Shown piece after piece: positions 8,255-17,054 of a stretch of 64,000 nt of DNA (position 1 is its first letter; every line of letters begins with the position of its first letter). The notes beneath the pieces are model-generated. The model was given only the letters and a program-made list of their open reading frames with translations, did no database searches and was not told the origin of the DNA. The stretch covers positions 47,722-111,721 of the forward strand of contig UQBY01000006.1 in NCBI GenBank assembly GCA_900539375.1, given 5' to 3'. This DNA is from an uncultured Clostridium sp. (lineage in GTDB: Bacteria; Bacillota; Clostridia; Clostridiales; Clostridiaceae). Made by a program: the position numbers and the translations under genes.

Positions 8255-11173
8255 TTAATTTATTTCAAATGCATCTAAAGTTATTGCATTTCCTTTTGAA
8301 GAATTATTTTTTAATCCTGTCCACTCTACTTTTATTGTATGTGTTCCTGAAGTTAATCCTGATAATGAAAATGCTACACTTTGATCTTTAGCACTTGCAC
8401 TATATAAATCTATATAATACACTTTTGAATCTACTGTTACTTTAGCTATTCCTTTATCTGATGACTTTGATGCTATTAACTTTATTCCTGTTCCTGTAAA
8501 TTTATAAGTTGCTGTTGCTGTACTAGATGCATATTTACAAGTTCCTCCACTATGTTTTGTTGAAGTTGCTACTTTCCATATTCCAGTATATGATATTTTA
8601 GAATCAGTATCTTGTACTAAATTTGCATTTACTACATAGTTCATTGATTTTCTTGTTACTTGTCCATTACTATCTTTTACATCTACATATAATGTCTTAT
8701 TTCCTGTTGCCTTTGTTGTCCATGTATAAGTGTTTGATGTTCCATAATCTCTTAATACTGACCAGTTTCCTGCTGCATCCTTTATTAAGAATTTATATTG
8801 TAATGTTCCTGTTCCTGTTGCTTTTGCTGTTAATTTTACTTGTGTTCCACTTGCTTGTGGTGATTTCTTATCTACTGTAAAACTACTTACTGTTGGAGGC
8901 ACAGCTTTTACTGTATAACTCATAGATTTTCTTGTTACTTGTCCATTTGTATCTTTTACATCTACATATAATGTTTTATTACCAACCTTATTAGCTTTCC
9001 ATGTGCAACTATTTAATATTGAATAATCTCTTATTACTGACCAGTTTCCTGTTGTATTATCTTTTACTAAGAACTTATATTGTAATACTCCTGTTCCACT
9101 TGCAGCTGCACTTAAAGTTACTTCTGTTCCGCTAGCTTGTGGTGACTTTTTATCTGCTGCAAATGAAACTACTTTTGGTTTTTCTGCTTCTTTAACAGTA
9201 TAACTCATTGCTTTTCTTGTTACTTTTCCATTGCTGTCTTTTACATCTACATATAATGTCTTATTTCCTGTTGCCTTTGTTGTCCATGTATAAGTGTTTG
9301 ATGTTCCATAATCTCTTAACACTGCCCAGTTTCCTGCTGCATCTTTTATTAAGAATTTATATTTTAATGTTCCTGTTCCTGTTGCTTTTGCTGTTAATTT
9401 CACTTGTGTACCAGTTACTTGTGGTGATTGTTTATCAGTTGTAAAACTACTTACTATAGGTGCTACTACTGTACTAGCTTTAGTGTAAGAATAAGTTACA
9501 ATTATAGTACCATTTTTAAATGTTCCTTTTGCATTACTTGGTGTTGTTTTTAAAGTATATCCACTTATTGTTTTTGCTGTTGTTGTATAGCTTGTTCCTA
9601 CTTCTCCTGTCTTTGTTGTTGAAGAAGCTATTTCATTTCCATTTTCATCTACATACTTAACTATTACTGTTCCTTTATCAACATCATCATTATCTTTAGA
9701 ATATACATAAGTTACTGTTATTGTTCCATTTTTATATGTTCCACTTGCATTATTTGGTGTTGTTTTTAAAGTATAGCCTGCTATTGTCTTTGCTGTTGTT
9801 GTATAGCTTGTTCCTACTTCCCCTGTCATTGTTCTTGAAGAAGCTATTTCATTTCCATCTTCATCTACATATTGAACTTTTACTGTTCCTTTAGATACAT
9901 CACTATTTTTAGAATATACATAAGTTACTGTTGTTGTTCCACTTTTATATGTTCCACTTGCATTATTTGGTGTTGTCTTTAAAGTATATCCACTAACACT
10001 TACTGCACTAGTTGTATAACTATCTCCAACCTTCCCTGTCATTGTTTTTGAAGTAGCTATTTCATTTCCTTCTTCATCTACATATTGAACTTTTACTGTT
10101 CCTTGACTAACTGGTGGTGGAGTTACTCCTCCATTATTACCTACTTGTGCTAATGGTACTGTAATAATATCTGTATCATCTTTTTCATGTGAAGTTGATG
10201 GGTCAACAGCACAATCACCTGTAGCATTATCTAACATTGATGGGTCATGAGGTAAACAATCTATTGCTGATATTCCTCTAGTTGAAAGTTGCATTACTCC
10301 AATACCATTACTTGTAATATAATTTTTATCTATTCCTAAAACTGATAATGGAATTGACATTTCATAGAAAGAATCATATTTTCTATCATGACCTTTAGTC
10401 ATCATATCTACCCAATTGGCACTATCACTATAAACATCATCTGGTGAAGTAGATGATTCTAATCCCCATATTTGAGCTGGTATAGAAGTTTCTGCCATAT
10501 TATATTTTACTCCTATATCTTTAAAGGATTGACAATATTCTGCATCATAGCTAGTTCCACCTGATTCATCAGCTGCTGTAAACATTGCTGGAGTTCCTAA
10601 ACCTACTTTTCCACTCATTAAAAATAAATGGTCAACTCTTGTTTCATACTCTATTTGTAAGGCATCCCAAAGTAATTTCCCATTTGCCATTTTTCCATTC
10701 ATTGCAGTTTTATTTCCTACATTTAATGCAATTACAAGAGGTACATCTAAAACTCTTCCACCATCACTTAATGGCCCATCTCCCTCTCTTGCCCAAGTAT
10801 CAGTAGTATTTACCATTTGCCATCCTATATAAAGATTATCGTCATCCCATGCTGCATACAAAGCATATGAGTCAAGAACACAGTTTTCATGTCCACCCTT
10901 CCAGTTATTAGCTATGTCCCATGCTGCACCTTGAGCTATTAACATGTCATCAGACCAGTCACTTGCATCTCCATCAATTGTTATTGTTTTTTCTTTACCT
11001 ACTCCATTAGGATTAGTTGCATACTTTCCTCTTGTTTCAGCTACTGTTGCTTTTTCAACTATATTTTCTTTGCTTATTGTTGCTGCATTTACACTAGCAA
11101 AGCTACTTAAAACGCTTACCGAAACTGCTACAGTTGTCGCAATACTCATAAGTTTTTTTGACATTGTTTTCAT
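8255..11173 (-). CDS. Secreted non-catalytic multidomain carbohydrate-binding/adhesin protein (CBM9/DOMON-like N-domain, 3 MucBP, 3 triple-tyrosine repeats, C-terminal beta-sandwich CBM-like domain)
   Basis: 972 aa. Signal peptide MSIATTVAVSVSVLSSFASVNA. ITIDGDASDWSDD...ALYAAWDDDNLYIGWQMVN follows the CBM9-like pattern. There are three GTVKVQYVDE(E/D)GNEIA...GYTLKT...VTYVYSK (MucBP) units and three Y_Y_Y repeats. The tail ends ...ITLDAFEIN. I could not see any GH13 catalytic regions. Confidence 0.7.
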   Translation of the reverse strand: MKTMSKKLMSIATTVAVSVSVLSSFASVNAATISKENIVEKATVAETRGKYATNPNGVGKEKTITIDGDASDWSDDMLIAQGAAWDIANNWKGGHENCVLDSYALYAAWDDDNLYIGWQMVNTTDTWAREGDGPLSDGGRVLDVPLVIALNVGNKTAMNGKMANGKLLWDALQIEYETRVDHLFLMSGKVGLGTPAMFTAADESGGTSYDAEYCQSFKDIGVKYNMAETSIPAQIWGLESSTSPDDVYSDSANWVDMMTKGHDRKYDSFYEMSIPLSVLGIDKNYITSNGIGVMQLSTRGISAIDCLPHDPSMLDNATGDCAVDPSTSHEKDDTDIITVPLAQVGNNGGVTPPPVSQGTVKVQYVDEEGNEIATSKTMTGKVGDSYTTSAVSVSGYTLKTTPNNASGTYKSGTTTVTYVYSKNSDVSKGTVKVQYVDEDGNEIASSRTMTGEVGTSYTTTAKTIAGYTLKTTPNNASGTYKNGTITVTYVYSKDNDDVDKGTVIVKYVDENGNEIASSTTKTGEVGTSYTTTAKTISGYTLKTTPSNAKGTFKNGTIIVTYSYTKASTVVAPIVSSFTTDKQSPQVTGTQVKLTAKATGTGTLKYKFLIKDAAGNWAVLRDYGTSNTYTWTTKATGNKTLYVDVKDSNGKVTRKAMSYTVKEAEKPKVVSFAADKKSPQASGTEVTLSAAASGTGVLQYKFLVKDNTTGNWSVIRDYSILNSCTWKANKVGNKTLYVDVKDTNGQVTRKSMSYTVKAVPPTVSSFTVDKKSPQASGTQVKLTAKATGTGTLQYKFLIKDAAGNWSVLRDYGTSNTYTWTTKATGNKTLYVDVKDSNGQVTRKSMNYVVNANLVQDTDSKISYTGIWKVATSTKHSGGTCKYASSTATATYKFTGTGIKLIASKSSDKGIAKVTVDSKVYYIDLYSASAKDQSVAFSLSGLTSGTHTIKVEWTGLKNNSSKGNAITLDAFEIN
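8630..9465 (-). repeat. 3 x ~279-bp triple-tyrosine repeat units (coding), highly similar to those in the two flanking amylase genes
   Basis: The peptides SPQ(V/A)(S/T)GTQVKLTAKATGTGTL(K/Q)YKFLIKDAAGNW recur here and are shared with 4068..8018 and 11272..15057. Confidence 0.85.
9475..10105 (-). repeat. 3 x ~65-70-aa MucBP-type repeats (coding)
   Basis: GTVKVQYVDEEGNEIATSKTMTGKVGDSYTT..., GTVKVQYVDEDGNEIASSRTMTGEVGTSYTT... and GTVIVKYVDENGNEIASSTTKTGEVGTSYTT.... Confidence 0.8.
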
Positions 11174-11196
11174 TTACTCTTTCCCCCTATTTAAAT

Positions 11197-11244
11197 ATAA
11201 AAATTTTATGCAGTATTAATATTTTCACTTAAATACTGCATAAA
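11197..11244 (-). terminator. Hairpin/terminator between amylase 11272..15057 and 8255..11173
   Basis: Inverted repeat ttatgcagtat / atactgcataa with a 13-15 nt loop and a short minus-strand T-run. Little room is left for a separate promoter, so read-through is possible. Confidence 0.55.
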
Positions 11245-11271
11245 ATATTTTTTAATTAAAGATTTTTTACA

Positions 11272-14200
11272 TTACTTTATTGTATAAGATATAGATTTTC
11301 TTGTTACTTTTCCATTACTATCTTTTACATCTACATATACTGTCTTATTTCCAGCTTTTCCTGTTGTCCATGTATATGTGTTTGATGTTCCATAATTTCT
11401 TAAAACTGCCCAGTTTCCTGTTGCATTATCTTTTATTAAGAACTTATATTGTAATGTTCCTGTTCCTGTTGCTTTTGCTGTTAATTTTACTTGTGTTCCA
11501 CTTGCTTGTGGTGATTGTTTACTTGCTGTAAGGCTACTTACTACCGGAGCAGTTGCTGATGCTGCCTTTACTGTATAAGCCATTGACTTTCTTGTTACTT
11601 TTCCATTTGTATCTTTTACATCTACATATAATGTTTTGTTTCCTGTTTGGTTTGGTTTCCATGTGCAACTGTTTAAAGTTGAATAATCTCTTATTACTGC
11701 CCAATTTCCTGTTGTATTATCTTTTACTAAGAACTTATATTGTAATACTCCTGTTCCACTTGCACCAGCCATTAATAAAACACTTGTTCCACTTACTTGT
11801 GGTGATTTTTTATCTGCCTCAAAAATAACTACTGTTGGTGCTGATGAAGTAACATTATAACTCATTGATTTTCTTACAACTGTTCCATTTGTATCTTTTA
11901 CATCTACATATAATGTCTTGTTTCCTGTTGCATTGGTTGTCCATGTATATGTGTTTGATGCTCCATAATCTCTTAATATTGCCCAGTTTCCTGATGCATC
12001 TTTTATTAAGAATTTATATTGTAATGTTCCACTTCCACCAGTTGCCTTTGCTGTTAATGTTACTTGTGTTCCACTTGCTTGTGGTGATTTTTTATCTGCT
12101 GTAAAACTACTTACATTAATATTTGAAACAACTGTTTTCTTATAAACATAAGTTACTGTTATTGTTCCATTTTTATATGTTCCATTTGCATTTGATGGTG
12201 TTGTCTTTAAAGTATATCCACTTATTGTTTTTGCTGTTGTTGTGTAGCTTGTTCCTACTTCTCCAGTCTTTGTTGTTTGTGATGCTATTTGATTTCCATC
12301 TTCATCTACATACTTAACTACTACTGTTCCTTCTTCTGATACATCATCTTTAGAATATACATAAGTTACTGTTGTTGTTGCTTTAGCAAATTTTCCTGAT
12401 GCATTTGATGGTGTTGTCTTTAAAGTGTATCCATCTATTGTTTTTGCTGTTGTTGTATAGCTTGTTCCCACTGTTCCTGTCTTTGTTGTTTGTGATGCTA
12501 TTTGATTTCCATCTTCATCTACATACTTAACTACTACTGTTCCTTCTTGTTCATTATCAGATGATTCTGACCATACTCCATTATTATATTCCATTGAACC
12601 CTTAACAACATATCCCGGTTGTTGTGCTCCTGGTTCTTGTCCCCATGTTCCATTAAAGATTACTCTTACTGAATAATCATCTCCTGCTGCTTCACCTGGT
12701 TCATATCTATATACATACCAGTCTCCTTCTTTAGTCATAGCAGTTCCTGGCCATGCTGGTCCTATAGTTGTTTCTGCTGTGCTATTTTCATATACATAAA
12801 TATTAGGTGCTGATGTCCATTTACTACTTTTTGCTTTTATAACAATATCATTTTTAGGCTTTTCTGCCATTGTATAAGTATAAGTCTTAGTATCTACAGT
12901 TCCTTCTGATGATGTACCACTAACTTCTAAAGTTGTGCTTTCTCCTATTGATAATCCTTCACCAACTGTAATAGTATCTCCATTAGAGAACTTAGTCTTA
13001 GCTCCACCATCTATTGAATAATATCCTGTTACACCTTTGCTAGCACTTAAAGTAACTGTCTCTGCTTTATATATTTTCTTACTTCCTGGATTTGCACCAA
13101 CTGATGGTTTGCTTACTCCTGTTGATTCTAAAAGAACAACTCCATTTTCTCCAGCTGTTACTGCTACGCTACCACCACTTACTACATATTCTTCTCCAGT
13201 ATAGTAATCTCTTACTCCATCACCATCATTAAATGTATCTCCAACAGATACTGTACATGGACCTGATTTTCCTGGAAGAGATATTACAACTTTATCTTCT
13301 ACACCATTTTTACTATAAACTCTACTGAAAGTATAAGGTGAAGCTGATATTTGAGTATGACTACCTGCACCTACTGCTAAGTGATTACTTCTAAATTGTC
13401 CAACTTTTTGCCAATTTGAAAGAATAGAATTATTCATTGAATTCCAATTCATATTACTACGAGTTGGTTGCTTATCACTTGTTCCATCACCTTGTCTTCC
13501 TGATTCATCACCATAATAAATTTGAACTCCACCAGGTGTAAGTAATAATGCTGTACCTGCATTAGCACTTCTAGCACCTAATGCTGTATCGTGAGATGAA
13601 ATATAGCTTAATACATTAAATGTAGGATCACTATTAATTTGTCTTGCATAGCTTGAATATGTTCCTTCTAATGCTGAACCAGTTTTATTTTCATTTCCTT
13701 GGAAAGAGAAGTTAATCATTGAATCAAATCCACCAGTTGTATAGTAAGAATCCTTACCTACACCATGATCCCAGTGTTCTCCTGTCATCCAGAAATCATC
13801 TGTCCACTTAGCTCCTGGTTTATTTGGATTATTTTGTCTCCATTCTTTAAGAGCTTGTACACCAGCTTTCTTTAATTTACCCCATTCAGTAACATTTATG
13901 TGTTTAGCTGTGTCACATCTAAATCCATCTACACCATATTCTCTTACCCAATCAGTAAGCCATTTTACTAGATATGTTGTAACACATTTTTGCATACCAT
14001 AATTTTGACAGAACTCATTTAACTCTTGTTCTTCTTGAGCTAATTTTGCTGAGCTCCACTTTTTCTTTAATATACTTGGCATTCCTGGGTCTGTAGTTCC
14101 TTCTGTAACAAAGTCTGGTAAACCATCTACACAAGTTTCAACTCCTGCAGCTTCTGGTGCTTGATTAGCATATGCTGTAAATCTTCCTTGTGTCATTCTT

Positions 14201-15057
14201 ACCCATTTAGAACCCCACCAGTTAGTTTCCCAGTCACCATTTTGAGCATCCATCATACCTTGTGAACCATTTTGAGAAGCTTCTGCAACATAGTCGTTAT
14301 ACCACTTATATTGGCTTTCTGACCAATCATAATAGATTTCTTTCCAGTTAGAAGCTAACTTACCATATCCAAATTCATCTGCATCCTTTGGATTTGCATA
14401 ACCAGCATGGTTCATAACTATATCAAATATAACTCTTATACCATGTTCATGAGCTGTATCTATAAAGTTCTCTAAATCTTGTGCAGTACCCATATTTTCA
14501 TCAACTTCAGTGTAATCTAAAGCATAATATCCATGATAAGCATAATGTTTAAATCCACCAGCTGATAATGCACCATGTATTTGTTCATAAGGTGCTGTTA
14601 ACCATATTGCATTTACTCCTAAATTATCAAAATATCCATCTTCTATTTTACTAGTTAAACCTTTTAAATCTCCACCATGGAAATATCCTTCTTTGTTTTG
14701 ATAATTTGCTATTTCATTACCACTTTTATCCAAACCTCTTCCGTAAGAATGGTCATTGCTAGTATCTCCATTAACAAATCTGTCTGTTACAACAAAATAT
14801 ACACTTGCATTATCCCAAGAGAATGTTCTATTTTCGTCATAAGTAACATCTCCATAAGACCCACTCTTTGGAACTGAATAACTTAATTCACCAGCATCAT
14901 CCATCTTAACTTTTAATACGTTTTCATCTGATTCAGAAGCAGATGTTGAATCACTAGATTGACTTGGAATAGTTGCTGCACTTGCAAATGTACTACCAAA
15001 CATACTAGTCAAAACTGTTACTGATGTAATTAGTTTTGTTAATTTCTTTAGTTTCAT
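11272..15057 (-). CDS. Secreted GH13 alpha-amylase family enzyme with a CBM25/26-like module, 2 MucBP and 3 triple-tyrosine repeats
   Basis: 1261 aa. Signal peptide LTSMFGSTFASAAT. GH13 regions are DRFVNGD, IRVIFDIVMNHAGY (I), GVDGFRCDTAKH (II), MTGEHWDHG (III) and YISSHD (IV). Then come IYVYE..WPGTAMTKEGDWYVY..VIFNG, two GTVVVKYVDEDGNQIA units and three Y_Y_Y repeats. Confidence 0.9.
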   Translation of the reverse strand: MKLKKLTKLITSVTVLTSMFGSTFASAATIPSQSSDSTSASESDENVLKVKMDDAGELSYSVPKSGSYGDVTYDENRTFSWDNASVYFVVTDRFVNGDTSNDHSYGRGLDKSGNEIANYQNKEGYFHGGDLKGLTSKIEDGYFDNLGVNAIWLTAPYEQIHGALSAGGFKHYAYHGYYALDYTEVDENMGTAQDLENFIDTAHEHGIRVIFDIVMNHAGYANPKDADEFGYGKLASNWKEIYYDWSESQYKWYNDYVAEASQNGSQGMMDAQNGDWETNWWGSKWVRMTQGRFTAYANQAPEAAGVETCVDGLPDFVTEGTTDPGMPSILKKKWSSAKLAQEEQELNEFCQNYGMQKCVTTYLVKWLTDWVREYGVDGFRCDTAKHINVTEWGKLKKAGVQALKEWRQNNPNKPGAKWTDDFWMTGEHWDHGVGKDSYYTTGGFDSMINFSFQGNENKTGSALEGTYSSYARQINSDPTFNVLSYISSHDTALGARSANAGTALLLTPGGVQIYYGDESGRQGDGTSDKQPTRSNMNWNSMNNSILSNWQKVGQFRSNHLAVGAGSHTQISASPYTFSRVYSKNGVEDKVVISLPGKSGPCTVSVGDTFNDGDGVRDYYTGEEYVVSGGSVAVTAGENGVVLLESTGVSKPSVGANPGSKKIYKAETVTLSASKGVTGYYSIDGGAKTKFSNGDTITVGEGLSIGESTTLEVSGTSSEGTVDTKTYTYTMAEKPKNDIVIKAKSSKWTSAPNIYVYENSTAETTIGPAWPGTAMTKEGDWYVYRYEPGEAAGDDYSVRVIFNGTWGQEPGAQQPGYVVKGSMEYNNGVWSESSDNEQEGTVVVKYVDEDGNQIASQTTKTGTVGTSYTTTAKTIDGYTLKTTPSNASGKFAKATTTVTYVYSKDDVSEEGTVVVKYVDEDGNQIASQTTKTGEVGTSYTTTAKTISGYTLKTTPSNANGTYKNGTITVTYVYKKTVVSNINVSSFTADKKSPQASGTQVTLTAKATGGSGTLQYKFLIKDASGNWAILRDYGASNTYTWTTNATGNKTLYVDVKDTNGTVVRKSMSYNVTSSAPTVVIFEADKKSPQVSGTSVLLMAGASGTGVLQYKFLVKDNTTGNWAVIRDYSTLNSCTWKPNQTGNKTLYVDVKDTNGKVTRKSMAYTVKAASATAPVVSSLTASKQSPQASGTQVKLTAKATGTGTLQYKFLIKDNATGNWAVLRNYGTSNTYTWTTGKAGNKTVYVDVKDSNGKVTRKSISYTIK
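11275..12115 (-). repeat. 3 x ~279-bp triple-tyrosine repeat units (coding)
   Basis: SPQASGTQV(T/K)LTAKATG..LQYKFLIKD..GNWA(I/V)LR(D/N)YG.SNTYTWTT...NKT(L/V)YVDVKD occurs twice, plus one more divergent unit (SPQVSGTSVLLMAGASGTGVLQYKFLVKDNTTGNWAVIRDY..NKTLYVDVKD). Confidence 0.85.
12120..12545 (-). repeat. 2 MucBP-type repeats (coding)
   Basis: EGTVVVKYVDEDGNQIASQTTKTG(T/E)VGTSYTTTAKTI.GYTLKTTPSNA occurs twice. Confidence 0.8.
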
Positions 15058-15249
15058 TTAAAATCCCCCTTTTTTTTCTAAAAAGTTCACCTAATATTTA
15101 GTAGTTATCCTTTAATTATTGCTAATTTTTCATACCGCTACAACAAGATTAAAGCAATAAAAAACTCACTACATTAATTATATCATAATCTTTTTTCCGA
15201 AAAATTTCAATATATTTATAAAAAATATTAAATTTAAAACAATAATTTT

Positions 15250-15283
15250 AAAAAAAGCCAAAGATAATTGAAAATATCTTTGA
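15250..15283 (-). terminator. Rho-independent terminator ending the wzz-to-GT2 EPS operon
   Basis: ccaaagata / tatctttg inverted repeat with a strong minus-strand T-run (plus-strand aaaaaaa at 15250-15256). It lies immediately after the stop at 15292. Confidence 0.7.
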
Positions 15284-15291
15284 CTTTTAAT

Positions 15292-16260
15292 CTATTTATT
15301 CTTTAAATTTTTAATAAAATTAAATACTCTTGTTCTCCATAATACTACCCTAAGTTTATCCTTAAAAGGAATATTATTTAAACTTATAAATTCATGAATT
15401 TTTATATCTAATTTTTTAAATTCAGATTTATAGAAATACTTATATACATCATTCTTTTTATAATTTGTATACATTGCAATAAAATTTGATAAAACTATAG
15501 TTCTAAAAGCTATATAACTATTTTTATTAACTTTAATATTTTCTTCTTTTACATAATTCATTATAGAATACATTGCATGAAAATAGTCCTCAGCTAATTT
15601 TTTACTTTTTTTATTTACAGTAGAAGACATTCTTTGTCTATAGTAATACAATGGTTCATCTATAAAAGTAATGTTACTACTTTTTAATACCATCTTAAAG
15701 ACTGGGAATATATCTTGAATATATCGTCCTGGTTCAAATTTAAAATTATTATTTATAAGAAGATCTTTTTTAAATAATTTATTCCATAATTGCCCTTGCA
15801 GTTTATAATTTAACATCATATCTATTACTTCTAAAGAAGATAAAGTTTTATTTTCATTTATTCCATATGTAAAAATTTTATTATTAGCATTATCTTTAGA
15901 ATAATATAAGTAATATCCACATATAGTAATATCTGAATTATATTTTTCAGCTTTATTCACCATTTTTTCTATCATATTAGGTTCTAAAAAATCATCTGGA
16001 TCTATATATAATACAAATTCTCCACTTACATAATTAAGGGCTAAGTTTCTTGCTTCTGAAACCCCCTTATTTTGTTGTGTGAATATCCTTATTTTTTTAA
16101 ATTTATTTTCATACTCCCTTATTAATCCAAGACTATTATCTGTGGACCCATCATCAACTATTAATAACTCTATGTCTTTATAAGTTTGAGCTAAAATACT
16201 TTTTAAACATTCTTCTATATATTCTTCAACATTATAAACAGGTATTATAATACTAACCAT
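15292..16260 (-). CDS. Family 2 glycosyltransferase
   Basis: MVSIIIPVYNVEEYIEECLKSILAQTYKDIELLIVDDGSTDNS and YIDPDD (DxD). Confidence 0.85.
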   Translation of the reverse strand: MVSIIIPVYNVEEYIEECLKSILAQTYKDIELLIVDDGSTDNSLGLIREYENKFKKIRIFTQQNKGVSEARNLALNYVSGEFVLYIDPDDFLEPNMIEKMVNKAEKYNSDITICGYYLYYSKDNANNKIFTYGINENKTLSSLEVIDMMLNYKLQGQLWNKLFKKDLLINNNFKFEPGRYIQDIFPVFKMVLKSSNITFIDEPLYYYRQRMSSTVNKKSKKLAEDYFHAMYSIMNYVKEENIKVNKNSYIAFRTIVLSNFIAMYTNYKKNDVYKYFYKSEFKKLDIKIHEFISLNNIPFKDKLRVVLWRTRVFNFIKNLKNK

Positions 16261-16275
16261 ATCTTTCTTTCACCT

Positions 16276-17019
16276 TTATTTTTTCTTTATCTTTTTAACA
16301 ATTTTTTCTACTCTTTCATATCCAAATATTTTAATTAACACATTCTTTAATTTACTTCTATAAATTTGAATTGGGCTTCTCCAAGAACCTTCATAATGAT
16401 GAATAGTATATGTATTTTCTGTAATTGTAGGAACTGCCCAAGATTTATTTTTAGGATAAAAACTTTCTTTTGAATATATCATTGTTCCATTGCTTAATCT
16501 TTCAGGAAAATGCTTTCCTGTATAACCTTCTTTTTTAGCTAACATAGTTATTATTTTAGGAATTGCTAAAGTAAATAAATTATCAGTATAATCATTAAAG
16601 TTTAAATTATCATAATAATTTAGTAATTTTTCTAAAAATTTATCTCCTTTTTTGCAACCCCAAATAGCAGCATTAATCTCAAATTCATCATCCTTAACTA
16701 ATTCAACTCCTGCAAAAGCTTCATTAGTTAAAAGAACATCAAAGCTTTTTATAACTTCCATATCTGTGTCTAAGTATATTCCACCTTCATTTAACAAAAC
16801 ACTTATTCTACAATAATCTGCTACAAATGCCCACTTCTTATTTTTATATGCATTATACGCAAAATCACTTGATTTTATATCAAAATTGTTTTCATTCCAT
16901 TCTTTAATTTCATAATCAGGTAACTTTTCTTTCCAAGTTTCCATACATTTTTTTATTAAGTCAGGCTTTTCTTTACCTCCAAACCAACAATAATGTATAA
17001 TCTTAGGTATATTGTTCAT
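16276..17019 (-). CDS. GT32-like glycosyltransferase (DXD sugar-binding region / capsular polysaccharide synthesis type)
   Basis: IPKIIHYCWFGGKEKP...WAFVADYCRISVLLNEGGIYLDTDMEV, the typical Gly_transf_sug/Caps_synth pattern. Confidence 0.7.
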   Translation of the reverse strand: MNNIPKIIHYCWFGGKEKPDLIKKCMETWKEKLPDYEIKEWNENNFDIKSSDFAYNAYKNKKWAFVADYCRISVLLNEGGIYLDTDMEVIKSFDVLLTNEAFAGVELVKDDEFEINAAIWGCKKGDKFLEKLLNYYDNLNFNDYTDNLFTLAIPKIITMLAKKEGYTGKHFPERLSNGTMIYSKESFYPKNKSWAVPTITENTYTIHHYEGSWRSPIQIYRSKLKNVLIKIFGYERVEKIVKKIKKK

Positions 17020-17054
17020 ACTACTCTCCTATCTAATATATTAATCTAAAAAAA

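Noticed and set aside
4076-12317. Recurrent 64-91-aa plus-strand ORFs (4076..4324, 4655..4882, 4934..5161, 8623..8880, 9208..9444, 11301..11531, 11553..11828, 11865..12104, 12123..12317) with similar Leu/His/Phe-rich translations.
   Set aside because: They lie antisense to the repeat units of the three minus-strand genes. They recur only because the sense repeats recur. Their translations are low-complexity with no RBS, a typical absence of stop codons opposite AT-rich coding sequence.
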